Shown here: in pieces, positions 19,101-28,726 of the stretch | Position numbering within the stretch: position 1 is the stretch's first letter | How the letters are laid out: every line of letters begins with the position of its first letter | IMG/VR virus record: IMGVR_UViG_3300048670_000777 | Span: 1 to 39,717 of that record | Strand: one strand, 5' to 3' | Source of the DNA: a virus | Taxonomy: Duplodnaviria; Caudoviricetes | Length of the DNA: 39,717 nt | The notes under the pieces: model-generated | What the model was told of the DNA's origin: nothing | Database searches by the model: none | Seen by the model: only the letters and a program-made list of their open reading frames with translations | Translations under genes and position numbers: made by a program

Positions 19101-19684
19101 CAGAAGATGAATTACAATCTATAAAAAATGAGTTGCTTTCTTTGGATCTTACGGTTTTAAAGAGAGCTGTTTTGGTTGCACGTTCGATGAAACCACCTAC
19201 AACCACACCGATTCCGGAACAACAATCTTTGCTAGAAAAAGCAGGATCAATGACTAAATCTTATATCTCTAGAGGATTAAATAACAAGAAGGCCGCAGAT
19301 TCTGTTAAGTCACTTAGAGTTTTAAGTTGTCACGGCGGAGAAGCATTAGAGGCATGTCCACACAGAAAGAACAGTGAAAAGTTTTCAAATTCATTTTTCT
19401 GTGGAGCATGTGGTTGTGGCGATAAACAAAACACTCAACTCATAAATATTACAAATGAAAAGGGAGAAGAGCAGTATTCAAAACTAGATTTTCCAAAGGT
19501 ATATTGTCCACTACATATGCCAGGATTTTCTAATTACGTTTCGACACCAGAAACATCGGAAGAAAATTCTCGTAAGATTATTATTGAAACTTCCTATAAT
19601 GTGCAGTATATTATAGACAATTCAAATTTAGATAATGGAAAGGTAAAAACAAATGAAGACGACCACAACAATGAAACTAAGTAA
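19097..19684 (+). CDS. Cys-cluster, probable metal-binding protein
   Basis: SCHG...ACPH...FCGACGCG...YCPL. Confidence 0.65.
   Translation: MTEDELQSIKNELLSLDLTVLKRAVLVARSMKPPTTTPIPEQQSLLEKAGSMTKSYISRGLNNKKAADSVKSLRVLSCHGGEALEACPHRKNSEKFSNSFFCGACGCGDKQNTQLINITNEKGEEQYSKLDFPKVYCPLHMPGFSNYVSTPETSEENSRKIIIETSYNVQYIIDNSNLDNGKVKTNEDDHNNETK
19584..19612 (+). promoter_or_regulatory. Internal sigma70-type promoter TTGAAA-N17-TATATT
   Basis: About 40 nt upstream of gp45. Confidence 0.4.
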
Positions 19685-20351
19685 GAGAACTCTTGATATT
19701 TTAAAGAACTTTTCAACAATCAATCAAAATCTATACATTGAGCCGGGAAATAGATTATACACAATCAACACTCAATTAAATGTTGTTGCCGAAGCATTTG
19801 TTGAGGAAAATTTTGATTCAACAATTTGTATTTATGAATTGACTAAATTCCTTGGTGTTGTTTCTTTATTCGATTCTCCAGAATTTGAATTTGATGAAAA
19901 GTCCACAACAATTCATGGAAATAATAATTCACAAGTAAAGTTTTATTTTTGTGAATCAAAAGTCATTGAAAAGTTTATGAAGAACTATGGCAAACTGCCA
20001 AAGCAAAATAAAAATATGTACTCTTTTAACATTACTCAAAAGCAAATTGATGAACTTATTCGTGCTGCAAGTGTTCTTCAAATTAAATCTATTTGTGTTT
20101 CTAAATGTGAAGATGGTGGTGTAAATGTTAGTGTTATTGACCGCGAAAATACAACTGCCAATTCTTATACAGTAAATATTCCAGATGCTATTGTTGATGA
20201 AGATGCAGAAGATATTTTTATTCAAATTAGCCTTCTCACAATTATGTCTGGTAGTTACCATGTAAATATTGATAACGGTAATACAACCAAATGGACAAAT
20301 AAAGATATTGATCTAAAGTATTATATCGCAAAAGACATTAACAAGGATTGA
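19653..20351 (+). CDS. gp45: Sliding clamp
   Basis: MKLSKRTLDILKNFSTINQ, IYELTKFL, LKYYIA; alternative start at 19671. Confidence 0.93.
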   Translation: MKTTTTMKLSKRTLDILKNFSTINQNLYIEPGNRLYTINTQLNVVAEAFVEENFDSTICIYELTKFLGVVSLFDSPEFEFDEKSTTIHGNNNSQVKFYFCESKVIEKFMKNYGKLPKQNKNMYSFNITQKQIDELIRAASVLQIKSICVSKCEDGGVNVSVIDRENTTANSYTVNIPDAIVDEDAEDIFIQISLLTIMSGSYHVNIDNGNTTKWTNKDIDLKYYIAKDINKD

Positions 20352-20353
20352 TT

Positions 20354-21298
20354 ATGAAATTTAAAGAATCATTTCTTTGGGTAGAAAAATATCGACCCCA
20401 AAGAATTGAAGATTGTATTCTTCCTGATGCATTGCAAAACATGTTTCAAGAAATGGTAAATTCTGGTGAACTCCAGAATTTGCTATTATCTGGTGGGCCT
20501 GGATGTGGTAAAACTACTGTTGCAAAGGCATTGTGTGAAGAACTTGGAATGGATTGGATGATTATCAATTGCTCTGAAGATGGTAATATTGACACTCTTC
20601 GCACAAAGATACGTGATTTTGCAAGTACGGTCTCACTAACAGGAAATAAAAAGGCAGTTATTTTAGATGAGTTTGATTATTCAAATCCATCAAGCATGCA
20701 ACCTGCTCTTAGAGGATTTATTGAAGAATTTGCTAATAATTGCAGATTTGTTATGACCTGTAACTTTAAAAATCGAATCATTGATCCATTAAAATCTAGA
20801 TGTACAAATGTAGATTTTAAATTTTCTAAAGAAGATAAATCAAAAATAAATGGTAAGTTCTTAAACAGATTACAATTTATTCTTGGTAATGAAAAAATTA
20901 ATTATGATGATAAGATTTTAGCAAAACTTATCATGAAACATGGATCAGATTTCCGCAGAATTATAAATGAACTTCAACGGTATTCTGTATCTGGTATGAT
21001 TGATTCTGGTGTTCTTCTTGAAGTTAATGATGTAAATATTCAAAAACTTTTTGAGAGCATGAAGAATAAAAATTTTACAGAAATTCGTAAATGGGTTTTT
21101 GATAATATTGATAATGATACCACAAACATTTTTCGAAGAATTTATGATTCTGCTATTCAATATTTTTCTGCAACAAGTGTTCCACAAGCAATTCTAATCA
21201 TAGCAGATTATCAATATAAGGCATCATTTGCTGCAGATCAAGAGATAAATATGACAGCATGCCTGATTCAATTGATGGTTGAGTGTGAGTTTAAATGA
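20354..21298 (+). CDS. gp44: Clamp loader large subunit
   Basis: LWVEKYRP, GPGCGKTT, ILDEFD, LKSRC; ATG 20354 follows AAGGA. Confidence 0.97.
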   Translation: MKFKESFLWVEKYRPQRIEDCILPDALQNMFQEMVNSGELQNLLLSGGPGCGKTTVAKALCEELGMDWMIINCSEDGNIDTLRTKIRDFASTVSLTGNKKAVILDEFDYSNPSSMQPALRGFIEEFANNCRFVMTCNFKNRIIDPLKSRCTNVDFKFSKEDKSKINGKFLNRLQFILGNEKINYDDKILAKLIMKHGSDFRRIINELQRYSVSGMIDSGVLLEVNDVNIQKLFESMKNKNFTEIRKWVFDNIDNDTTNIFRRIYDSAIQYFSATSVPQAILIIADYQYKASFAADQEINMTACLIQLMVECEFK

Positions 21299-21690
21299 AA
21301 ACTAAACGAACAAATAATTTATTTTTTATATTAGATAATATAACAAATGGAAAAATTAATTTATTAGAAGATGGTATGGAAGAATCTTTGTATTCGGCTT
21401 TTATGATAAACAAATGCCTATCATATTATTCGGATACGGTGATGCATGCTAATGAAATGAATACCCGATATATGACACCAAAGCGGTATCAGTACGAATA
21501 TTTACACAGAAGTATTCGAAAACGTAAACGATTTAGTAAAATGCATAAAAAACTTGATAATAATAATATTAAAATTATTATGGAGTTTTATGATATTTCT
21601 GCATCAAAGGCTCAAGAATACTTAAAAATACTATCGGCTTCTCAGTTAAAGGAAATGGCTTCTAAACTAAATAAAGGGGGTCTAGACTGA
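21295..21690 (+). CDS. gp62: Clamp loader small subunit
   Basis: YSAFMINKCLSYYSDTVMHANEMN, IRKRKRFSK; follows gp44. Confidence 0.92.
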   Translation: MKTKRTNNLFFILDNITNGKINLLEDGMEESLYSAFMINKCLSYYSDTVMHANEMNTRYMTPKRYQYEYLHRSIRKRKRFSKMHKKLDNNNIKIIMEFYDISASKAQEYLKILSASQLKEMASKLNKGGLD

Positions 21691-21696
21691 TATTTT

Positions 21697-21704
21697 TATA
21701 AATA
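21697..21704 (+). promoter_or_regulatory. T4-type late promoter TATAAATA upstream of regA and the fibre cassette
   Basis: Exact consensus in the gp62-regA gap. Confidence 0.65.
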
Positions 21705-21740
21705 TAAATGATAAAAATACATTTATATGGAAAAAATATT

Positions 21741-22148
21741 ATGGAACAGAATAATTTGTTGGTTGAGTCATTATTAGAAGTAACTTTACAAAAAGAAGAT
21801 GATTTCTTAAAAATAAAAGAAACACTTACCCGTATAGGTGTATCATCTAAAAAAGAAAAAAAACTTTACCAATCTTGTCATATTTTACATAAGAAGGGTA
21901 AATATTACATAGTTCATTTTAAAGAGCTATTTTTACTTGATGGTCTAGAATCTGATATTAGTGAAACTGATATTGGTCGTAGAAATACAGTAGCAAAATT
22001 ATTAGAAGAGTGGGGGCTACTTTCAGTAGTAGATAAAGAAAAAATGAATGCTATTATTACACCATTAAATCAGATCAAGATTCTTCCTCATAAGGAAAAG
22101 AATGAATGGCAATTGGTACCTAAGTACCACATAGGAAAGAAATTTTAA
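21741..22148 (+). CDS. regA: Translational repressor RegA
   Basis: DDFLKIKETLTRIG, LYQSCHILHK, YYIVHFKELF, LVPKYHIG; ATG 21741 preferred over 21708. Confidence 0.97.
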   Translation: MEQNNLLVESLLEVTLQKEDDFLKIKETLTRIGVSSKKEKKLYQSCHILHKKGKYYIVHFKELFLLDGLESDISETDIGRRNTVAKLLEEWGLLSVVDKEKMNAIITPLNQIKILPHKEKNEWQLVPKYHIGKKF

Positions 22149-22537
22149 TGACTGGCATTTACGACATAACAACAGAGGCCAATTCTGATTTTAAGTTGGA
22201 GATGCAGTATACCAACTATAATGATGTTGCTATTAATTTAACTAATAAAAAATTAGTATTTTCCGTCAAAAGAACATATTTAAATATTCAAGATGATGTT
22301 TTTAGTATTCATAGTGATGTGAATGATCAGGTTGAAGGTACTTTAGAATACCCTAATTCGGATAATAGCTATGGTAGCATAGAAATTATCGCAATTTCTG
22401 GGGAAATTGTTATAAATATTAATAAAGAAGTTATGCAATTATTGGAGCCGGGACAATATTTTTATGCACTTCGTTTGATTAGTAGCAATTTTTCAGAAAA
22501 TATCTTAAAGGGCAAATTTGAAGTACAGGCATTCTGA
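22148..22537 (+). CDS. Beta-sandwich virion adaptor (LtfC/p132-like fibre-attachment protein)
   Basis: GIYDITTE...FKLEMQY...INLT...FSVK...LEPGQYFY...ILKGKFEV pattern; first gene of the fibre cassette. Confidence 0.55.
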   Translation: MTGIYDITTEANSDFKLEMQYTNYNDVAINLTNKKLVFSVKRTYLNIQDDVFSIHSDVNDQVEGTLEYPNSDNSYGSIEIIAISGEIVININKEVMQLLEPGQYFYALRLISSNFSENILKGKFEVQAF

Positions 22538-22660
22538 ATGAAGAATAAATTAAAAATAAAATATCTTAAAGATAATATTGTAGTTGTTTTGAGAGATTTA
22601 CCTAAAAAAATAAAGGTAAAAAAATCAAAACAATATACCGTTATTGTATTAACAAACTAA
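22538..22660 (+). CDS. 40-aa basic microprotein missed by the ORF track
   Basis: ATG directly after the previous TGA; TAA one base before the next ATG; MKNKLKIKYLKDNIVVVLRDLPKKIKVKKSKQYTVIVLTN. Confidence 0.65.
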   Translation: MKNKLKIKYLKDNIVVVLRDLPKKIKVKKSKQYTVIVLTN

Positions 22661-22661
22661 T

Positions 22662-23630
22662 ATGGCAACAATAGGAAGAAATTCTGGAATAACATATTTT
22701 GGCAACAACGCTGCTGCCAGAAATATTTCTGTTGGAGCAAGAGGTCCCAAGGGAGATAAGGGAGATACTGGCGTTGGAGTTTCTTCTGCAAATGTCGATA
22801 CAAATGGTGAATTACTTTTAGGATTGACAAATAATACAATTTTAAATGCAGGTTCAATAGTTGCTCCATCAGAAGTCTGGTCAAAAGATGATGTTATACC
22901 CACTGGCATTGGTGGTATAAGTGCAGGAACAGTTGGTCAAACTCTTGATGGATTGACTCCAATACAAATATTAGAAAAATTATTATATCCATACCAAACT
23001 CTTTCTTTTGCATCTTTTAGCATGGGATTACCAATTTCTTCCACAGTGGAAGTTGGTACAACCTGTGCCGCAGGAAGTTATTCTGCATCTTGGTCATTGA
23101 ATAATTACTCTAATTTAACTGCAAATAGTATATCAATTTTACAAAATTCAACAACTTTAGCAAGTGGATTGAACACAAGCCCAACATCAATAACACATTC
23201 GCAATACCAATATAATACCCCAACTCAATTAACATTTACAATATCTGCTGGGCAAAAAGAAGGTTCAAACGTAACTTCTACTTCATCATATTCTTGGAAG
23301 AAAAAAATATGGTATGGAAAATCAAATTTAACTTTCTTGTCAGCATATTCTGATTTTTCTAGTTTTTCTTCTATTTTTACACAAGGTCTTACGAGCATTA
23401 GTTCTGCAAACTATACCTTTAGTGCAACAACTGGGGATGATCAATATTTGTATATAATTATTCCAGATACTGGTTCTTATGGCACCTTTACTGAAAGTGG
23501 ATTTGATTATCCATTTGAAAACGCCCAAACCATAACATTTACAAATAGTTTAGGTGTTTCTTTAACATATAAATATTACAGATCTACAAATGCAACAGAA
23601 TCATCAGTAACAGTATATGCTGGAGTTTAA
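22662..23630 (+). CDS. Fibre-associated protein with short collagen-like segment and Ig-like domains
   Basis: GAR-GPK-GDK-GDT-GVG triplets, GGISAGT...ILEKLLYPY, Ser/Thr-rich beta regions. Confidence 0.65.
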   Translation: MATIGRNSGITYFGNNAAARNISVGARGPKGDKGDTGVGVSSANVDTNGELLLGLTNNTILNAGSIVAPSEVWSKDDVIPTGIGGISAGTVGQTLDGLTPIQILEKLLYPYQTLSFASFSMGLPISSTVEVGTTCAAGSYSASWSLNNYSNLTANSISILQNSTTLASGLNTSPTSITHSQYQYNTPTQLTFTISAGQKEGSNVTSTSSYSWKKKIWYGKSNLTFLSAYSDFSSFSSIFTQGLTSISSANYTFSATTGDDQYLYIIIPDTGSYGTFTESGFDYPFENAQTITFTNSLGVSLTYKYYRSTNATESSVTVYAGV

Positions 23631-23632
23631 TT

Positions 23633-23935
23633 ATGGCAAAAATACCAGGAACGGTAGGATTGGGTGGAAAAATTGCCCCAAAAGACGAAAATGACAAATA
23701 TGCAGTAACTGACCCAAAATATGGCCTTGGTGGTCTAAGAACTGTAGCAAATTTAACTGAACGAAATAGCATACCTTATCCCAGAAGAGAGGTTGGAATG
23801 CTTGTTTATGTGACTTCTGAATCTGGATATTTTAAAATGTTGAGTGTTGGGGTAGATGGGTCGAATACTGATTCTTCAAATTGGGAATTATTAAATACTG
23901 GAACCGTTGGGGACATAGATGCTGGAACTTATTAA
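23633..23935 (+). CDS. Small fibre adaptor ending in the IDAGTY plug motif
   Basis: GGLRTV...ERN.I...RREVGMLVYV module; C-terminal DIDAGTY. Confidence 0.6.
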   Translation: MAKIPGTVGLGGKIAPKDENDKYAVTDPKYGLGGLRTVANLTERNSIPYPRREVGMLVYVTSESGYFKMLSVGVDGSNTDSSNWELLNTGTVGDIDAGTY

Positions 23936-23937
23936 AT

Positions 23938-23945
23938 TATAAATA
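23938..23945 (+). promoter_or_regulatory. T4-type late promoter TATAAATA
   Basis: Exact consensus upstream of the 1475-aa fibre gene. Confidence 0.75.
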
Positions 23946-23983
23946 TAGGAAAGATTATAAACTATTCATAGGGGAAATGTAAA

Positions 23984-26900
23984 ATGGCAACACCAAAAAT
24001 TAGAATAAAAAGAGGTATAACAGCACCAACATCGACAAATTTGCCATCTTCTGGCGAATTAGCAATTGATACAACTGCTAAGAGATTTTATATTCAAGCA
24101 GATCCTGCTGGCACAACTGCTCCTTTATGGATGGGTGCAGAAATTGAAAATAGTGTTACTAATTGGAATACCACAACTAAACTTGCAACACAAAGTGCAA
24201 TTGACACTAGATTTATGCCCAAAACTGGTGGTACATTTACTGGTTCTATAAGTGGAACATCATTAGTTATGAGTAGTACAATTTCATGCACTTCTTTAAC
24301 CAGTACACTTGGATCTTTAGTTTTAACAGAAACAGGTGGTGGTGGTAATACAATTACAATTCAATCCCCAAGTGATGTCGCGGCCAATGTAACATATACT
24401 TTACCCGATGTTCCTAGTGCAAATGGCAAAATTTTAAGTTCAACTACTAGTGGTACCTTATCTTGGGTTTCTGCTGCTAATGGTATAACAATTACAGAAG
24501 CAACAACTCCATCATCAGGAACAAAACTTTACAGTTTATTATTAACTGATACACAAGGGAGTAATATAACTGAGATATATGCAGACGGTTCTCCGGGACT
24601 TTTGCCAACTAATGGCCCTCTTCAATACAATAAAACTACAGGAGCACTTATAGTCAATGGTAATATAGTTGTAAATGGTCCAGCCGCATCAGTAACTCTG
24701 ACACCAACTAGAGGAAATGCAACAACAAATTTGATATCAGATGGTGACACCACATTTACATTTGCTGGAACAGTAGATTTGAGTAGTTTTGTTATTGGTA
24801 TGGAATTTGGAATAAATGATTCATATAATGCACCTTCTGGTATTACAGTAACCATAAACAATGGTACATTAATTACAGCTGTTAATAATACTAGTAAAAC
24901 TATTACAATTAGTTCGGGCATTCTTGTAAAAACTACATCAGGTAATACTTCAACAACATTAGCAGTATTATCAAATCAAGCAGATTCCTTATTTTCAGTT
25001 GCAACTGGAATTATTGATATAGGACCAAATAGTGTAGGAAATACAACTGGTAATTTATATAATACAAATGTACCAACTATTAATATTGGTAGAACAGATG
25101 CTAGCACAATCAATATAGGTAAAGCTGATTCAACTGTAAATATCGGTACAACAGGAGGAAATTCTACTTTAACGATTAATGGTAGTAGTACTGCAACATT
25201 AACAACAAACGCTGCAACATTTAATCTTGCAAATACAAATGCAACAGCAGTAAATATTGGTGGTGCTGCAGCTACATTGACACTAGGTGGTGCAGCATCA
25301 GCTACAACAAATATCAATGTTAATCCGAGTGCAACAACAACAAATATTGCAACAGGTGCCAATGCTTCAGGCACTAAAACAATTAACATTGGTACAGGCG
25401 CTAGCGGTGGTACTTCTACAATAACAATAGGCACAGCTAGCGGTGGTTCAAATAGCATAACAATAAATGGTCTGATTACAAATACAGCGGGCAACAATCC
25501 AACTGCCAATACATTAGTAACTAAAACTTACGTCGATGGTGTTGCAGCAGCCGGATTAACTAGTAAAACTGCAGTTAGAGTTGCAACAACAACATCCGGA
25601 ACATTATCAAGTAGTTTTGAAAATGGAGATACTATTGATGGTGTAACTTTAGCAACTAATGATAGAATTTTAATTAAAGATCAAGCTACTGCTACAGAAA
25701 ATGGTATTTATGTAGTTAAGGCATCTGGTGCTCCAGATCGTGCAACTGATGCAAATGAGGCATCAGAACTCACAAAGGGTACATATGTATTTGTTACCGC
25801 CGGAACTTCTAATGCTGGTAAAGGATTTATTTTAAGAACAGGTGTAGTTACATTAGGAACAGATGCTTTGAATTGGGATCAATTTACAAGTAGCACACTT
25901 TTTACATTTAGTGATGGATTGACAAATACTTCAGGAACAATAACAGTAAATCCTGCAAGCAATGGTGGGTTAACTGTAGGTAGTGGTGGAGTTTCAATAT
26001 CATCATCATTTGCTGGAAAAGGATTAAGTTTAAATAGTGGTGTATTGACTGTTGATGGTCATACTACTGTAAAAGTGGCTACAACAACATCCGGAACATT
26101 ATCAACTAGTTTTAGAAATGCAGAGTCTATTGATGGTGTAACTTTAGCAACTAATGATAGAATTTTAATTAAAAATCAAAGTAATCCTTCAGAAAATGGT
26201 ATTTATTTTGTAAATGCATCTGGATCCCCAACCAGAGCAACTGATGCAGATACTTCTGCAGAATTATTAAGCCTAAGAAGAATATATGTTACAAGTGGAT
26301 CAGCAAACACTGGAAAAGTGTTTAAATTAACTAATACTGCAGCAATAACTGTCGGAACAACACAAATTAATTATGTTGAAGATTCTGCAACTGGTGGTTC
26401 TTCTTATACACCTGAACAATATTTTGTAATAGGTGCTGGATTAGATAGAACATCTACTGCAGCAGCAAAAAGTTATACTTTAAACGGAACATGGACACAA
26501 AATACCGCTCTTGCTGCTAATGGCACATTTACTATAACTTTTGGAAGTACTGGTAATGTAATTTTGGATTCAATTTATCCCGGAATGGCAATAACAAAAT
26601 TAGGTACAACATTCACCAGCAATTTAATAATAGATTCAATAAGTAGAAATGCAAGTCCAAGAACAATTACTGTCAGAAATATAGGAACAGCTGCATCAGT
26701 AAGTATAACTGCCGCCTCAACAAATACAGATTTTATTGTAAACGGAGACACCTCAACGGGAAGTGATTCTTATGACACATCAAACCATAAAGGTATTTTA
26801 GTATACAAAAATAAAGATTATAGTACATGGAGCGTTTTAGGATATAATAAATCTTCTGATCATTGGAGTATATTTAATCAAGGAAGCAACACAGAATATC

Positions 26901-28411
26901 CAATAGTTACTAGAAATGGTGTTGAGACTTTAACAAATAAAACCTTATCCAGTGCAGGATTAACATACACTGCTTATAATAGTTCAACTTATATCAATGA
27001 TGCTTCATTACCAGCGGCAGTCTCTGGCGCAGTGCAAAATGCATATATGTGGGATCCATTTGTTAGAACTACCTATTCAGCTAGTGGTGATAGAGCTCCT
27101 GGATATATATGGTCTAAAGATCATGATTTAGGTTATGTTCAAAAATGGATGTCAACAGATCCTGTTGCGTATGCTGCAAATGCCCAAACAGTACCATCAT
27201 CAGGAACAAATGATGACGTAATTACATTAAATTCTCCAAATAATAATGAATTAAGAACAGGCCATGCCGTAAGAGCATTTGGTGCAGGCACAGGAATTAC
27301 AAATGGTATTACAAATGGTAGTTTATATTATATAATTAAAGTTGGTCCATCTTCAATAAAAATAGCATCAAGTTATGCAGACGCTATTGCAGGAATTGCT
27401 ATTAATGTTAGTGGAAATGCAATAGACACCGGATCAAATTATTTAAGATTTTATACTTATATTAATACAACAAAACTAGGCAGTGATGATGTTGTTGGTG
27501 GTGGTGCATATATTAAATTAGCAAATACAGAATTTTTTGGTAAATATGATACTGTATTTGGTGATTCTTATGCTCTAACTGAAACCACAACAACAAATAT
27601 AGGAAACACTGGCGATTCAATTGGTTCAACTTATTCTTATCTAATAACATCTATCAATGATGGAGTATCGACAGCACCAGATAACGAAGCGTTAAATGTA
27701 GATTTAGGTCCAGTTTCCAGTATAGCATTAGATGGTTCATCCACTGCAACAATAACATTTTCAACTGCACCAAGTGTAACAACAAATGGAAAGTTAACAG
27801 CAAATAGAAGTTATGTAATGTTGTGTGCAGTTAATACTGGAAATTCCACTGTAAATACATTAATGAATTTTTATCATAAAGTTACAGCATATACTGCTGG
27901 ATCAACCTCTGTCACTGTTGAATTAAGAAGAGCCGCCACAGGTTTAACTGGAAACTATACAGCAAACGTTGGTTTTGGTGTAAAAAATTACGAAGTAAAA
28001 ATTATTATGGCGGCGGGTGCTCCTACCTATAGCGTTGGAGATTCTATTGTTTTTAGTAGTTCAGCTTCTTCCACATCTGATCCTTCACGTGTCGTAATTG
28101 GTGATTATGCTGGAACACATGGATCAACTCGCACGGATAGTAGTTCTTGGACAACTAGTAATGCTTCTACAACAACTGCCAGAGTAACAACAGTATTTAC
28201 TACAGCAAATTCAAAAGTATTTTCTTTTAGATGCCCATATCCACTTACCACTACTAGCGGCGGTACATTATTAAATACAGTACCAATATTTGGTGCTGCT
28301 TCTATATCCGCTAATCTTAGGTTATCGTTGATTACTGCACAAGAAGCGTTAACTTCTTATACAGGAAGAAGAGTTCTTCTCAATACTCTAATTGATTGTG
28401 GTTCTTATTGA
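23984..28411 (+). CDS. Long tail-fibre-like protein (segment 1)
   Basis: gp37-like N-terminus IRIKRG...GELAID, TINIG beta repeats, duplicated VRVATT...IDGVTLATNDRILIK domain, C-terminal IDCGSY. Confidence 0.8.
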   Translation: MATPKIRIKRGITAPTSTNLPSSGELAIDTTAKRFYIQADPAGTTAPLWMGAEIENSVTNWNTTTKLATQSAIDTRFMPKTGGTFTGSISGTSLVMSSTISCTSLTSTLGSLVLTETGGGGNTITIQSPSDVAANVTYTLPDVPSANGKILSSTTSGTLSWVSAANGITITEATTPSSGTKLYSLLLTDTQGSNITEIYADGSPGLLPTNGPLQYNKTTGALIVNGNIVVNGPAASVTLTPTRGNATTNLISDGDTTFTFAGTVDLSSFVIGMEFGINDSYNAPSGITVTINNGTLITAVNNTSKTITISSGILVKTTSGNTSTTLAVLSNQADSLFSVATGIIDIGPNSVGNTTGNLYNTNVPTINIGRTDASTINIGKADSTVNIGTTGGNSTLTINGSSTATLTTNAATFNLANTNATAVNIGGAAATLTLGGAASATTNINVNPSATTTNIATGANASGTKTINIGTGASGGTSTITIGTASGGSNSITINGLITNTAGNNPTANTLVTKTYVDGVAAAGLTSKTAVRVATTTSGTLSSSFENGDTIDGVTLATNDRILIKDQATATENGIYVVKASGAPDRATDANEASELTKGTYVFVTAGTSNAGKGFILRTGVVTLGTDALNWDQFTSSTLFTFSDGLTNTSGTITVNPASNGGLTVGSGGVSISSSFAGKGLSLNSGVLTVDGHTTVKVATTTSGTLSTSFRNAESIDGVTLATNDRILIKNQSNPSENGIYFVNASGSPTRATDADTSAELLSLRRIYVTSGSANTGKVFKLTNTAAITVGTTQINYVEDSATGGSSYTPEQYFVIGAGLDRTSTAAAKSYTLNGTWTQNTALAANGTFTITFGSTGNVILDSIYPGMAITKLGTTFTSNLIIDSISRNASPRTITVRNIGTAASVSITAASTNTDFIVNGDTSTGSDSYDTSNHKGILVYKNKDYSTWSVLGYNKSSDHWSIFNQGSNTEYPIVTRNGVETLTNKTLSSAGLTYTAYNSSTYINDASLPAAVSGAVQNAYMWDPFVRTTYSASGDRAPGYIWSKDHDLGYVQKWMSTDPVAYAANAQTVPSSGTNDDVITLNSPNNNELRTGHAVRAFGAGTGITNGITNGSLYYIIKVGPSSIKIASSYADAIAGIAINVSGNAIDTGSNYLRFYTYINTTKLGSDDVVGGGAYIKLANTEFFGKYDTVFGDSYALTETTTTNIGNTGDSIGSTYSYLITSINDGVSTAPDNEALNVDLGPVSSIALDGSSTATITFSTAPSVTTNGKLTANRSYVMLCAVNTGNSTVNTLMNFYHKVTAYTAGSTSVTVELRRAATGLTGNYTANVGFGVKNYEVKIIMAAGAPTYSVGDSIVFSSSASSTSDPSRVVIGDYAGTHGSTRTDSSSWTTSNASTTTARVTTVFTTANSKVFSFRCPYPLTTTSGGTLLNTVPIFGAASISANLRLSLITAQEALTSYTGRRVLLNTLIDCGSY
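25586..26173 (+). repeat. Internal direct repeat at a 495-bp offset
   Basis: Identical 25 bp at 25586-25610 and 26081-26105; identical 47 bp at 25632-25678 and 26127-26173. Confidence 0.9.
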
Positions 28412-28444
28412 TCTGAGATATATATAATATAAAGGAGATTTATT

Positions 28445-28708
28445 ATGAGTGAAACAAAAAACTATAATGAGACAGTAATTATACCATTCTTACAAAGAAA
28501 AGTACAAGAATTAACAAATCAAAATTTAGTTCTTGAAGCAAATCTTTTAATAGAAAGGCAGAAAGCAGCAGATGTTCAACAAGAATTAACTAATTTACAA
28601 AACGAATTAGTTGAATCTGGTTTAGCAGAAGAAGAGCCATCAACTATTCCAAAGAAGAAAAGAAAAGTAAAAGCGGAGCCAGAAGTATTAGACGCTAGCA
28701 CATATTGA
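28445..28708 (+). CDS. Small coiled-coil protein ending in a plug-like LDASTY
   Basis: Strong AAGGAG RBS; heptad pattern LQRKVQELTNQNLVLEANL...LTNLQNEL; TATATATA at 28419-28426 upstream. Confidence 0.8.
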   Translation: MSETKNYNETVIIPFLQRKVQELTNQNLVLEANLLIERQKAADVQQELTNLQNELVESGLAEEEPSTIPKKKRKVKAEPEVLDASTY

Positions 28709-28726
28709 AAGGTGTAATTTTTTGTT

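Noticed and set aside
25586-26173. Possible DGR template/variable repeat pair
   Set aside because: Differences are not adenine-specific, both copies are mid-gene and coding, and there is no reverse transcriptase in the window.
28649-28669. Exact SV40-type NLS PKKKRKV in the 87-aa protein
   Set aside because: Lys runs are frequent in this A-rich genome (gp55, 16728 ORF), and all context points to a bacterial host (SD sites, sigma70 promoters); most likely coincidence.
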